A DNA stretch of 64,000 nt, taken from NCBI GenBank assembly GCA_001643675.2, contig LSRY02000015.1, positions 806,001 through 870,000 of the forward strand, read 5' to 3'. Of this stretch, positions 1 through 11,500 are shown piece after piece. Made by a program: the position numbers and the translations under genes. The notes beneath the pieces are model-generated. The model was not told the DNA's origin. It saw only the letters and a program-made list of their open reading frames with translations, and searched no databases. The first letter of the stretch is position 1. Each line of letters starts with the position of its first letter. The DNA is from Monocercomonoides exilis PA203. Its lineage: Eukaryota > Protista > Preaxostyla.

Positions 1-479
1 AAATCATTAAGATAAAGTCCTCCTCCCACTCGATCTGCTTTGCAATTCTGAAATTCACATCCGCTGATCCGAACACATGCTGAAATCTTATTTATGAATA
101 TTCCACCCCCACAATAATTTTGCGCAGAACAAGAATCAAATGTGTTATTCACAATCTCAACAAATTTTATTGTGGCAATTTAAACCGCCTCCTGAATAAT
201 GAGCATAGCAGTTGCTGAAAGTGCAATGAGAAACTGAAAGTTCTCCATTTCCCTTGTTGTGCATGAAAATTGCCCCTCCACTCGATATCCCATCAGTGTA
301 ATAGTCGCTTTCTCCTATTGTCTTCGATCCACTCCATTCACACATAATTGATGAATTTTCTTAACTGAGAGATCCTCTCTCTTTAAAAACAACCAATTAT
401 CAAATATTCATTATTCTTCGAATATAATTTGATTACAACTTATAAGAAGCAAGTTGATGAAAATTAATTTATGAAACAC
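1..479 (-). pseudogene. Disrupted 5' part of a Cys/Gly-rich beta-helix-repeat surface protein (same family as 3938..12963); runs off the left edge
   Basis: GGAIFMH, CTFSNCYAHYSGGGL, then after a frameshift near 165: NNTFDSCSAQNYCGGGIFI...CEFQNCKADRVGGGLYL. Signal-peptide-like start begins at GTG (479) and is followed by in-frame stops. Confidence 0.6.
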
Positions 480-721
480 GTTGAATTTTATTTTATCGGA
501 AAATATATTTGGTTATAAACAATTTTAATGTCATAATAAGTTCACAAAACACAAAATGAAAATTGAACAAAATTAATTATGTGTTTGATCAATGATTTTA
601 ATTTTTATTTTTTTATCAAAGATTTTTTAAATTTTTTACAATTAAATAATAATTATTAATTTAAGCAATCAATAATATTTCAAAAATTCACAAAAAAGGT
701 CAAATTACCTACTGGTTCAAT

Positions 722-1078
722 TTCTACCAACGCTATCCATCTCTCCAACTTGTGATTATGACTTGTTGAAAACGTATCCAAAGTCAGTATCATCTATGCT
801 ATCCTCAGAATCTCCAGTATCTCTTCTGCTCAAACTTCGTAATCTCCTGCACTTGTGAACCTTGAGAAAGCATCTCCTTTTTTGTTCTTGGAACCAAGTG
901 TGTGATTGACTCTCATCTCTATCTGCATCTATTCTCTCCATCTTCATATCTTTCACCTCACAGTTCTCAGATTCATTCCTGCATTTCATCTGTTTATATA
1001 GAACATCACTTCTGTGTTGTGTGATCTCAGATTCAGTTGACTGATTCCGTTAATCGACAGTGCTGGGACGAAATGTGT
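722..1078 (-). mobile_element. Relic of a DIRS-type (tyrosine-recombinase) retrotransposon pol: RNase H C-terminal half plus start of the downstream methyltransferase-like region
   Basis: One minus frame reads HFVPALSINGISQLNLRSHNTEVMFYINR*...MQIEMRVNHTLGSKNKKGDAFSRFTSAGDYEV*...LTLDTFSTSHNHKLERW. This matches DIRS RNase H motifs (TDNTTVVxYINR, HIPGxxNxxADALSR) and the following DxFAxxxNxKL motif. Six in-frame stops. Confidence 0.7.
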
Positions 1079-1312
1079 TATTCTTTTTGAAAAGTCGCAA
1101 ATATTTTATTTTCAAAAAAAATCAAAAATTTCATGTTTTGCTCAAATTTCTGTCACCGCTCATGAATCTTCTCATGAATGTTTAAATTATCATTATTAAG
1201 AAATGGATTTTATTTTGGTGAAGTTTCGTAAATGGGAACAGAAATTTGAGCAAAATATGAAAATTTTTATTTATTTGAGAATCAAACATTTGCGACTTTT
1301 CAAAAAGAATAA
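1078..1312. mobile_element. MITE-like fold-back element, family A copy 1 (~93-bp imperfect inverted arms)
   Basis: ttattctttttgaaaagtcgcaaat...ctcaaatttctgtcacc (from 1078) is the reverse complement of gggaacagaaatttgagc...atttgcgacttttcaaaaagaataa (to 1312). An extra arm end lies at ~1503-1533. Confidence 0.7.
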
Positions 1313-3937
1313 TCCATATATCTGTGTTAAATAAAAACTGAATCTCATTTGAACATTTTTGTCAATTAACTCATCAAACTTTATCTCTTTACAAAAAAGA
1401 ATAATAAAACATATTAGACACAAGAATATGTGTATGGTATAAAATTTTGTAGATTTGTTGACAAACATAATCAAATGTGGTACAGTTTTTTAAACACAGG
1501 TATTAAACATTTGCGACTTTTCAAGAAGAATAACCCAAGTTGTTGTTATTTGAATTTATAATGTGTGTTGATTAAACAATTTGGCATTGCAAATTTTTGA
1601 TGAGGAAAAAATTATAACATTATGAATTTTTTGTCCCCAAAAAATGAAAATTTTGAAATTGAGTTTTCAACTTTTAACTTTTGACACACACAAAATTTAC
1701 AAAGAATTTTAATAAATATATTATTGCTCATAATGTTTCATTATATAAACACAAAATAATTATCTATTTAATATTTCTTTTGTTGATATTTGGATTTTAT
1801 ATTAAAAAGATGAGGTGTGAAAACTGATGGAAATAAAGAGTTTCTCAAATTAGAAAATAATGAAAATATATAAAAAAGAAAAGTTTGAAAACAATGCCAG
1901 CCAGAAAAGCACTGAGTGCCAAAAGCTCGTGGAAATACGAGCAAAACATTGATCAAAAAATAGAACTTTAAAAACTTAAATTTTTCATTTGAAGAATATG
2001 TTTTCTAATAAATGTAGCATGCAATCTTTTAATAGCATGTCATTTGTCTTAAAATAATTCTCATTGAATACAGGCTTATTTTTGAAGCAATAAAAGTCTA
2101 AAAATTAGGATCTGATAAAAAAACTGTATGCTGATCAAAATCCGACCCAATTTTTATATATTGGTTTTATTTTAATTTGTTTTGTTTGATCCAAGCAATC
2201 AACTTGACAAACTTTGATCATGTTCATGGTTTATCGATTAAAGTGATGATTTTTGAAGAAAGTCATTTTTCAGGGAAAGGTTTTTTTTTCTGTTTCATGC
2301 ATTGAAGACATTTTTAAACATTCAAATTGTAATTGATTCGCGAATGTCAACATAAAATGTATGAGATAAATATATAACAAAGGATATTTTTGAATATTGA
2401 TTATTTTGATAGAATCGAACTTTTTTAAAAAATATTCAGCAGTTTTGAAATTGAAAAATTCAACAAAAATAATAAAATTAACTTCGAAATGAATTACACT
2501 TTTGAAATAGTTGATTTGGATGTTTGTTCCAGTAATTAAAGAGTTTGCTTTTGCAAATGAAATATTCTTTCATAACAGATAATGAATGATTTTGTGAAAC
2601 TTGGAAATGTAATAATCTTCATTTCAAAAGAAACAATCATTCTTCTTTGTGAACATATTGCACTTATTTGTTTTTTATAAATTTTATCCTTAATATGTGA
2701 ATAAATTGCTTTGAAAGAAAAGATTTGCTTGGGATAGAGCAAAAGCGCTTTGCAGATTAAAGGGATTAATTTTCTGACTCAAGAATCTTTTCAATGATGA
2801 TTTACAAAGATTTCCTTTATTCGCTTGAAAAAGTGGGATTCAATGACAAATGATGCCTTTGACACAAAAACCTAATGAAAAACAAATAACTCATTGGTAA
2901 CAATGGCTACACCATCAAAATTGAAGGTTTTGCATTTATTTTCTTTATTTTTTCAAATATTTATTAATCTTTTGTTTTTGATGAAAAGTTTTGAAATTAT
3001 TGTCAAAAGAATCAAGAGAAAAAAAGATTTCAGGAAAAGTGACGAAGAATTTGAGTCAATGTTGTAAATCGCTTCTTTTTTCTTTCTAAAAGATTCATTG
3101 ATGAACGATGACTATTTTGCGAAAAAAGAAACGAAAGCTCGAAATGAGATGTTTTCCAGTTTGTTTCAAAACAATCATAAACAAAGAATCAAAAAGGAGG
3201 ATTAAAAGAAGAAAACACATCAAAAATGAAAGATTTGCGCTGCACTGGAAGGAAGACCATTAATGATTGGGAAGTATTTTTTTTTTTTTTTTGGAAAAGT
3301 TGAATGCTTTGAAGATGAAGCATGAGCGACATAAGAAAATGGAAAAAGTGAAGATAATTGAAATAAATTTGACAAAACAACTCAGAAGAAATAATGAAGA
3401 TTCTGAAATAGCGAATGAAAAAATGATAGAAAAGGAAGAGAGAAAAGAGGAAAAAATGACTTTTAAAGGAATTTGAAATGAAGTTTTCAAAACAAGAACG
3501 GCTTTGAAGGGATGGAATTATTGATGAAAATCAGATTCACTTCTCAAACGAATAAGACATCTCTTTGAACATTTGAAGTTTGTGAAAATGTTGTTCTTTT
3601 TTTATTCCAATTTCATTCTTTAAATATTTCAAATGAAAATATTTCCTTTTATAGCTATTCTTCTTTTCATTGAAAGGAAATTCCTCCATGAAGAATTAAT
3701 CGTTGGAAATGATCTTTGGAGGAAAACATACTTCATTCAGATCGAATTTAATAAAATATATGTGATTCAATAGTGGTGAAAAAGAAAAAACCAATCTTTA
3801 ACAGCAAAATGATAAAATTATTTCTTGATAGAATAATTGAAATGACGATCGGTTTTTCAAATAGAAGAATGGCAAGAAGAATCAATATTGATAAGAGTTC
3901 AAAATAATCGTTTAATTAAATAAAATAATGGTAAATA

Positions 3938-6900
3938 ATGACCCATTATTTCCTTATGACAATGATTCTTTTGGTTTTGGCTGAGTGCTTGTGTTTCACT
4001 ATTAGTGGCATAGATTCAAATGATGCACAAAGGAATGGACATGAAGAATATCACATTCCTGCTCAGTCTGAAAGTCATATTTTGGAGCAGGGAAGTGTTG
4101 TTCAACTGTTCTGCAAAATACACAATTCTTCAGTCGAATTGAAGGAAATAATGTTGGAAAAGGAATATGATAGTGTGGCATTTGACATTCGAGCAAAGTC
4201 ATTCCTGCGCCTTGATGACTGCTTGTTGATGAGAAAAAGAGGACTCAATGGGCATTTTATCTTCAATGAAGGAACATGTGAAATGATAAACACTTCTTTG
4301 AACACAGAAAGAAGAAATAACAATTGTGAGTTGATGATGAAGAGTCTTGTGCAGATGGAAGGAGAAGATTCATCGTTGTTTGTGAGAAAAAGCGAGTGGA
4401 AGGACATTGTGTTTTGTGGGAGTGGAAGTGTTTTGAGAAATGGAGAAGGAAGTTTTGAAGGAATCAAAAACTGTGCTTTTACAAATATCACAATGAAATT
4501 CATGGAAACAGATGAAGTGCCAAATGAGAAAGTTCCAATGATGAAAATGAGTTCAATTGAGGATTGCCAAGTTGAAAGATCGGTGAATGTGCTGGAGGGA
4601 GGGATTGTAAGTGGAACAGAAGGATCTGTTTTCTTTTACTGCAACAACTGCACATTCCTCCACAACGAAAGGGTGGATTGGAGAGTGGGAAATACAGAAA
4701 GAAATTCAACAACTCAAACACAGACATATAAGAATGCTGAATGGAATGAATGCTCAGCTCCATGTGGTGGAGCACTGAATGTGCATGACAATTCAAATGC
4801 CACATTAACTGTTGAAAATTCATCGTTTGTGAAATGCAATGCAACATCCGAAAGAGGTGGAGGAATATATGCATTGAATATTGCTGAATGCACTGTGAGA
4901 CATTCCACATTTATTGAGTGTTATTGCGTTTCATCAAACCATTTTGGAGGTGCAGGAGCAGAAATTTCCGGAATGAAAATCCAAGTTTTTGTTGAAAATT
5001 GCTTTTTCAAAGATGGATGGTCAGGAGACGATGCAGGAGGACTTGGAATTTGGAGTTCAAAAGCAAACAAAACAAAAGATTGTGTTTTGGACTGTTCATT
5101 CATGAATTGTAGTGGACACGATCCAAGCAGCTCTGGGGGTGGGGGATTAATAACTTGGTATCCCGTTGATAAAATTGTTGCGAAAAATTGTTTGTTTCAA
5201 AGATGTTATTCAGCTTGCCATGGAGGAGCCATAAGCATCAGGATAAATGGATACAACGGAAATCTTTTGTGGTTTTGCTTTTTCCACGAGAATACTTCCC
5301 CTCTAGGAAATGATATTTATGTTGATGACAACTTCACAAATTCTCAAGTTGCTTTCTGTTATTCAACGCGAACAGAAGGAGTGAGATATTATGCAGATGG
5401 AGATAAAAGTGATTGGCTTCCAAACAACTTCAGCAAATGCAGATTTGTTGCTTCAACTCAGACACAGCCAAAAGCAAAAGACACATTCAGTTGCGGGTTG
5501 AATGAAAGCTACTCATGCCTCACAATCAGCCATTGCCTAACACAAATGATTGTTGGGTTTGTGGAGGAAATGAAGGTGTTGAGTGGAACAGTTGTTGAAG
5601 GAAAAGAAGTTGTTGTTGGTGGGAGAACAATCTCTGTGAATGGAGTTTCGCCAGCTGGCTCAGCCATTGAAACACGATTTGAATCAAATGGATTGAGTCT
5701 GTTTTGTGTTGGAACAGGAGAGTTGAGTGTGAGCGATCTGTCTGTGATTCACAACTCATCAGTTGAAAATAATCGAAGAAGCAGATTGTTTGAGGTTCAA
5801 GGGTCTGGTGGGATCAATTTGGAGAGAATGAATATATCGATGGATGCAGATCATTCAGAAGAGAGGAGCATTCAGAACTCACTTGTGGAGATGGAAGGGG
5901 GAGAGTTGAAGATGAAAGATGTGAGATGGTCACAAACATTCAGCACCACAAGTGTGATGTCTCTGTCTCAAGGATCGCCTGTTTCATTGTCTCTGGATAA
6001 CTGCACATTCAGCAACATTGTGAGAACAACAGCAGGATCATCGCTGATAAGTGTGAGTGAATGGTCATATTCAATAACTCTTGAAGGATGCACACTTGAT
6101 GGGTGTGGGAGTGAAGCCTCTGAGTTTGGAGGGGGTATGATGGTTGAAGTGGGGAATGTTGGTTCTTTGACGATGAATGGAGGCGTTGTGAGAAACTGTT
6201 ATGTCTCGACCATCCAAGGCAGAGGAGGAGGGATTGGGCTGAAAGTGAGAGATATATATGCAGAGTTTCAGATTTCATCAGGATTTGAAGGGAACAGAGC
6301 CAAATGGGGAAGTGACATTTTTGTTGACTCGATCAACTTGGAGTCAACAGCAAAAAGTGAAAGGATCGCATGTTTGACAGCTTCGTTTGATACGAAGAGA
6401 AAGATACAAGGATATGAAAATGGGGATGAGTCGTTCCCAATTCCGATGTGCGTTTATTTGATTCCTTTGCCAGATGAGATCTTTGTGAGCAATGTTGATG
6501 CATTTGATTATTTTTATTGCGGGTTCGCTGAAGTCCCATGTCAAACTCTGAGTCATTGTTTGACGAGGCAAGAAGAAGAAAAGAAGATTGTTGTCGATGG
6601 AAAGATTGAAGTGAAAAGCGAGCTTATGTTTGACTCCTTCAAGCACACAATCAGAGGGAAAGATGAAAACAGTGGATGGAAGGTGATTGACGATTCTGAT
6701 GGAGTGAAAAAAGGAATGATAACTGTGGATGCAAATACGAATTTGAAATCACTTGTTTTCTCTGTTCCATCTGCTCTTCCAAATCACGAATCATTCTTCA
6801 GTTCTGCCTCACAATCATTTTCACTTGAAATCTGCTCACTGACATTTCAAGACTCCCAATCAGCCTTATCTTATGTGTTTTTGTCAACATCAGCAGGGAA

Positions 6901-8530
6901 GGTTTCTGTTTCATCGTTGAATGTATTGTCCTTGACCATTGGGAATTGTCCGTTGATTTCTCTTGATGGAAGCAATGCTGCTGGAACATTCACATCCATG
7001 AGTGCTGAGGATATGAGCTCGACAGAAAATAGTGTTTTGTTTGGAGTGGCGAATGGAGCATCTTTTTCGATTAAAGATTCAACATTTTCGGTGAAAGCAT
7101 CTTCGCAAACAGATTTGCCATCAGGAACAATAAGAGTTATTTCCACAAATTCAGCCAAGTTGTTGAAACTGACAAACAATACGATGAGTGGTTTCAGAGG
7201 AATTGAAGGAAACGGAGGCGCAATGGGATGCACACTTGGGAGAGATTGCTCTCTGGAAATTGTTGGAGGGATGATGTCAGGGTGCGAGAGCAATGGGGGA
7301 AATGGAGGAGGGTTGTGGGTTGAGATGAAAGAAGGATCATCCTTCACTGTGGGAAACATGACAGATGCTGACCAAATGCAAGAGACGACTTCAAATGATG
7401 AAGGCAACGTGCTCCAGCTTTTGAGATGCAAGGCAACACAAACAGCATATGGAGAGCGTGGATATGGAGGTGGGATTTATCTTCATCTGGATGATGGGGC
7501 GAGTTCATTTATTTTGAAGGATGTTTCATTTTCTGGGTGTGATGCAAGAGAAGGGAAAGAAATCTTCATTAACTCATATGATCTATCGAGTGTGATTAGC
7601 ATAAGATCGATTGTATTTAATGTTGATTTGAATAACTATTCAAAATTGAATGGATTTGAGAGATCAACATTGAATGAGACATTTGCCATCCCGCTGGTGG
7701 TGTATCTGTGGGATAACTTTTCAGGGTCTGCCTTTGTTGGAGGAGGATCATTGAGTTATGATTTTTCGAAGTGTGGATATGAGTCATTTCCATGCCCCAC
7801 AATCGCCAAGGCAGCATCAGTCCACTTTGAAGGGAAGAAAAAAGATATAACCATTCTCGAATCATTTGCCTTTGAGGATGAATTGAGCTTGAGGACAGAT
7901 GAATGGAGCTTCAAGGGAGAACAGAATGAGATGAAATGTGGTATCGCTGATCAGAAAGAAGGAATGCAAAACGGATTGATTGAGAACACAGTCGTAGCAT
8001 CTGTGACTGGAATTATCTTTTCTTTGATTCGATCGCTTTCATCTCATGAAAGTGTGTTTGAATGTCATTCAAGGAAACTCACACTGAACAAATGTGGGAT
8101 GGAAGGAGGCGCTGATTCTATTTCAACAGTGTTTGTGAAAGCTGTTGGAGGGGCTGTAGAAGTGAGTGAGTTTTCAACAAAGGACATGAGAATAGGAGAT
8201 TCATCGTTTTTCATTGTTGATGGAAGTGTTAATTCAAGGCCTTCACTGAATATGACGAACAGTGATTTTGGAGAAATCACGTTTGGCAATGGATGTGTTG
8301 TTGAGTGCCACAATGGAAATATTGAAGAGATATCAGGATGCACATTTTTATCAATTTCTCGTTCGAAGGGAAGTGGAGGATGTATAAGTGTATCGAACAA
8401 GGATGACAGTGGAGATTTCAAAGTTGAAATAAATGACTGCACATTTGAAGGGTGCGCTATTGAAGGAGAAGGAAATGAGATTGGAGGAGGTGCATTTTTT
8501 ATGAAGCGTCTGCAAGCACTAACCTGTTGA
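3938..8530 (+). CDS. N-terminal half of a giant receptor-like surface protein (signal peptide, Cys/Gly-rich right-handed beta-helix/Pmp-like repeats); continues in 8527..12963 across a frameshift
   Basis: 1530-aa ORF with a hydrophobic N-terminus, many GGA/GGG(I/L) and CxFxxC motifs, and CGxxxxxC modules at 5492, 6518 and 7772. Confidence 0.8.
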   Translation: MTHYFLMTMILLVLAECLCFTISGIDSNDAQRNGHEEYHIPAQSESHILEQGSVVQLFCKIHNSSVELKEIMLEKEYDSVAFDIRAKSFLRLDDCLLMRKRGLNGHFIFNEGTCEMINTSLNTERRNNNCELMMKSLVQMEGEDSSLFVRKSEWKDIVFCGSGSVLRNGEGSFEGIKNCAFTNITMKFMETDEVPNEKVPMMKMSSIEDCQVERSVNVLEGGIVSGTEGSVFFYCNNCTFLHNERVDWRVGNTERNSTTQTQTYKNAEWNECSAPCGGALNVHDNSNATLTVENSSFVKCNATSERGGGIYALNIAECTVRHSTFIECYCVSSNHFGGAGAEISGMKIQVFVENCFFKDGWSGDDAGGLGIWSSKANKTKDCVLDCSFMNCSGHDPSSSGGGGLITWYPVDKIVAKNCLFQRCYSACHGGAISIRINGYNGNLLWFCFFHENTSPLGNDIYVDDNFTNSQVAFCYSTRTEGVRYYADGDKSDWLPNNFSKCRFVASTQTQPKAKDTFSCGLNESYSCLTISHCLTQMIVGFVEEMKVLSGTVVEGKEVVVGGRTISVNGVSPAGSAIETRFESNGLSLFCVGTGELSVSDLSVIHNSSVENNRRSRLFEVQGSGGINLERMNISMDADHSEERSIQNSLVEMEGGELKMKDVRWSQTFSTTSVMSLSQGSPVSLSLDNCTFSNIVRTTAGSSLISVSEWSYSITLEGCTLDGCGSEASEFGGGMMVEVGNVGSLTMNGGVVRNCYVSTIQGRGGGIGLKVRDIYAEFQISSGFEGNRAKWGSDIFVDSINLESTAKSERIACLTASFDTKRKIQGYENGDESFPIPMCVYLIPLPDEIFVSNVDAFDYFYCGFAEVPCQTLSHCLTRQEEEKKIVVDGKIEVKSELMFDSFKHTIRGKDENSGWKVIDDSDGVKKGMITVDANTNLKSLVFSVPSALPNHESFFSSASQSFSLEICSLTFQDSQSALSYVFLSTSAGKVSVSSLNVLSLTIGNCPLISLDGSNAAGTFTSMSAEDMSSTENSVLFGVANGASFSIKDSTFSVKASSQTDLPSGTIRVISTNSAKLLKLTNNTMSGFRGIEGNGGAMGCTLGRDCSLEIVGGMMSGCESNGGNGGGLWVEMKEGSSFTVGNMTDADQMQETTSNDEGNVLQLLRCKATQTAYGERGYGGGIYLHLDDGASSFILKDVSFSGCDAREGKEIFINSYDLSSVISIRSIVFNVDLNNYSKLNGFERSTLNETFAIPLVVYLWDNFSGSAFVGGGSLSYDFSKCGYESFPCPTIAKAASVHFEGKKKDITILESFAFEDELSLRTDEWSFKGEQNEMKCGIADQKEGMQNGLIENTVVASVTGIIFSLIRSLSSHESVFECHSRKLTLNKCGMEGGADSISTVFVKAVGGAVEVSEFSTKDMRIGDSSFFIVDGSVNSRPSLNMTNSDFGEITFGNGCVVECHNGNIEEISGCTFLSISRSKGSGGCISVSNKDDSGDFKVEINDCTFEGCAIEGEGNEIGGGAFFMKRLQALTC

Positions 8531-11500
8531 TGAACAAGTGCAAGTTTTATTGTTGCTCAGCTCCATATGAAGGGGAAGGAGTTGGACATGGAGGAGGAAT
8601 AATGTTGAGCTTGTTGAGTGAATCGGGTGAGACAGATTTTGTGATATCCTCTCCAACTTTTTCTTCTGACAAGCCAAACAATGCAAGGTTTGGAAAGGAT
8701 TTATTTGTTGCATCTCCATCGCTTATCAGCAGTATCAAGAACGAAACGCTGCCATTTGTGAAAGATAGACTGGAAATACTGACCGAAGACTCGATGAGAG
8801 GGTATGATGGAGGAAATAGAGAGTGCGCAATCCCACTGATCTATTTCTGGAAAGAGGTTGGATCGAGTGTGCATGTGGCGCGGGAAGGAAACAATGTGGT
8901 TGTGTGTGGGCTGTTGGAGTATCCGTGTGGATCTGCTGATTATGGGGTAAAAAGAGGGAGCAGCTTAGGGATTGAATCTATTGCAGTTCAGGGGACTTGT
9001 GATGTGAGGAGTGAAATGAGTGTGGGTGGGATGAGATTGGAAGGAATAAATAGCGAAACCGACAAAATCATGTTTGTGAAAGCAATTGAAGGATACAAGG
9101 ATGCTGTTGTTGAATGTGAAGGAGTTGTTCAATTCAAAGAAGTGGGGATTCTGATCCCAACCGCCTTCGATAGCGAGGCAAATATCCTCATCCAGACAGG
9201 TACTGATTCAATCAAAACGACTATTGCAGGATGTTTAATTCATATGAGTGACAATGCTGAAGGTGAATTGACATTTGTATTGATAAGTGCCTCAAAAGGA
9301 ATCGTTGAGATTGAAAATACAAACATAGCAGGATTCTCAACGATGCATGAGATAATGAGCATATCAGCTGATTGTGTGATAATCATGAGTGTTGTGACAT
9401 TTGAAGAAATTTCATCGAGTGGGAAAAGTGCAATTGCGATGAGTGAAAGTGATATTCCTGGAAATGGAAATGATAATGCAGAAGAAGAGTGGAATATTCA
9501 ATTTGAGCAATGTTCATTTTTGAACGTGAAGCACAGTGTGTCAAGCAACCCTTCATATCTTTTCTGTGATGTATCGAATGAAGTGAGGTTGAAAATGGAG
9601 AACTCAACAATTGATAAATGTGGATCGACAAGCTCGAATGAAGGAGGAGGAATGTTTTTCCTTCTCAATGAGTTGGGGAGACTGGAAATGAACCACACGA
9701 ATGTGACAGACTGCTTCTGCTCGAACAACGGGAGAGGCGGAGGGATATTTTTGAAATCACAAAGTGCAACTCAGAGGGAATTACCATTTGTGTTGTCGAA
9801 CATCACATTCAAGGGGAATGCTGCACTGAAGGGGAGAGATGTGTTTGTGAAGTGCACAGACCTTGACTCGCAGATAAGTGAATCACAGTTCCTGATAAAT
9901 TTTGGAGAGCCGTTTGTGAAGGATCTTGCGATATGGGGATGCACAGCAGACAATTATGGGGATGAAGAGGATCTGCTGGGGAGGGTGTATGTGTTCAGGA
10001 GCGAATTCATATTTGTGTCATCGATTGTGGGGAACAACAGCAACAGCAAGAACTGTGGGGAAATGATAGGTGCATGCTCATCGCTGAATGTTGGGGTGAG
10101 CCACATCATCCCTTCAGATTATTCACAGCTGTTTATTTGGAATAAGACGACACTAACTGGCTCATGCTCAGCTCAAAAAGTGACGATCAAGTCGATGGAG
10201 GCAAGCAGGAGTGCTGAGATAAAAGTGAATGAAATCGATTTGGCTGATGAAGAAGCTGTGAGAACTTCAGAATCTGTTAGGTTTGAGAAAGTTTCATTTG
10301 TTTTTGGTGGAATGCAGAATGTTGTCTGCTCATGCTTAATACACCAATTGAATGGATCTCTTATTCTCGAATCTGTTTCATTCTCGTCAGAGAGCAGGAC
10401 AACAGAGAATTCACAAACACTTCTTGACTGTCCTCTGTTGATTGTTGAAAATGGAATATTTGAGGCTTATCGATGTAGTATCGGGCATTTGGTATTTTCG
10501 AAGCCTATGTTCCAGATATTGAATTCTGAAGGTTCAATATTTGACGAGCTGGTAGTGGATGATGTCCCATGCAAGAGTTCAGTGATTGAATGTGGAAAGA
10601 GTGAGAAAGTGAGCATTTCAAAGTTGACAGCCACAAATATCTCTTTGCAAAATGAAAGTCTGATCTCATTTGAAAATGGTCATTCTTCACTCGTTTTTTC
10701 ATCAGTGTTGTCATCGTTCACAAATATCAGCAGATCATCATCTGGGTCTTGCATTATTTGCATTTCTCGACCAATAACTGGCTTTGAGATATGTAATTGC
10801 TCTTTTCGTGAGTGCTCATCGAATTGCGTGAAAGGAAGCCAAGTGACAATTACATTGACTGAGAATGTTTTGATGGATTCGTGTACACTTGAGGGAAGCC
10901 TAATTGATAATACAAAAGAAATGAATGACATTACTGATGAAATGTGTCGGTGGAATAGTTCGATTGTTGATTTCTCAAGCAGTTCTGTGATGATGAAAGA
11001 CACAACAATCTGCAACTCCTCAAAGGGAGGGATAACAGTGAGTGGAGGATCCATGATGATTGAGAAAGGAGAGCTTTTGAATAACAATCCATCAATTGAA
11101 AGGTATCCATCATTGAGAAGAAACATCATCTGCTCTGATTCTGCTTCACTGTCTATTTCCAGTTTGAAAGGAGGAGATGGAGTTTTCCCAGACATATCGA
11201 TGTGGATATTGAATGAGGGTTGTCTGCTTGAAGGGATTGTTTCTGAAAGAGCATCACCATTCTTCATTCCAGTGTTGGAAAGCGTTGAAGCAAGGGAGAA
11301 AGGAGAAGAGGTGGAGGTTGTGTTCAAAGGGAAGCTTCTTCTCCCATGCAGCTTGTCATTCATGGTTGTGAAACAGTTTGGAGAAGAAAAGCAGATCGAA
11401 AAGTTTATGTTTGATGAGAGTGGATATGTGTCGGAGACAGAAGTTGAAGGGAGATTGGCAAGGGAGATGATAAGCGAGGCAGGAGATGAGGCAGAGGTGA

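Noticed and set aside
722-1078. Alternative genetic code (TAG=Gln or TGA=Trp) explaining the in-frame stops
   Set aside because: Conserved genes here end at TAA, TAG and TGA at the expected positions and have no internal stops, so the code is standard.
8492-8503. HIV-like UUUUUUA programmed -1 frameshift site
   Set aside because: The heptamer is present but out of phase (codons are UUU UUU AUG), and I saw no clear downstream stimulatory structure. Kept only as an unlikely alternative.
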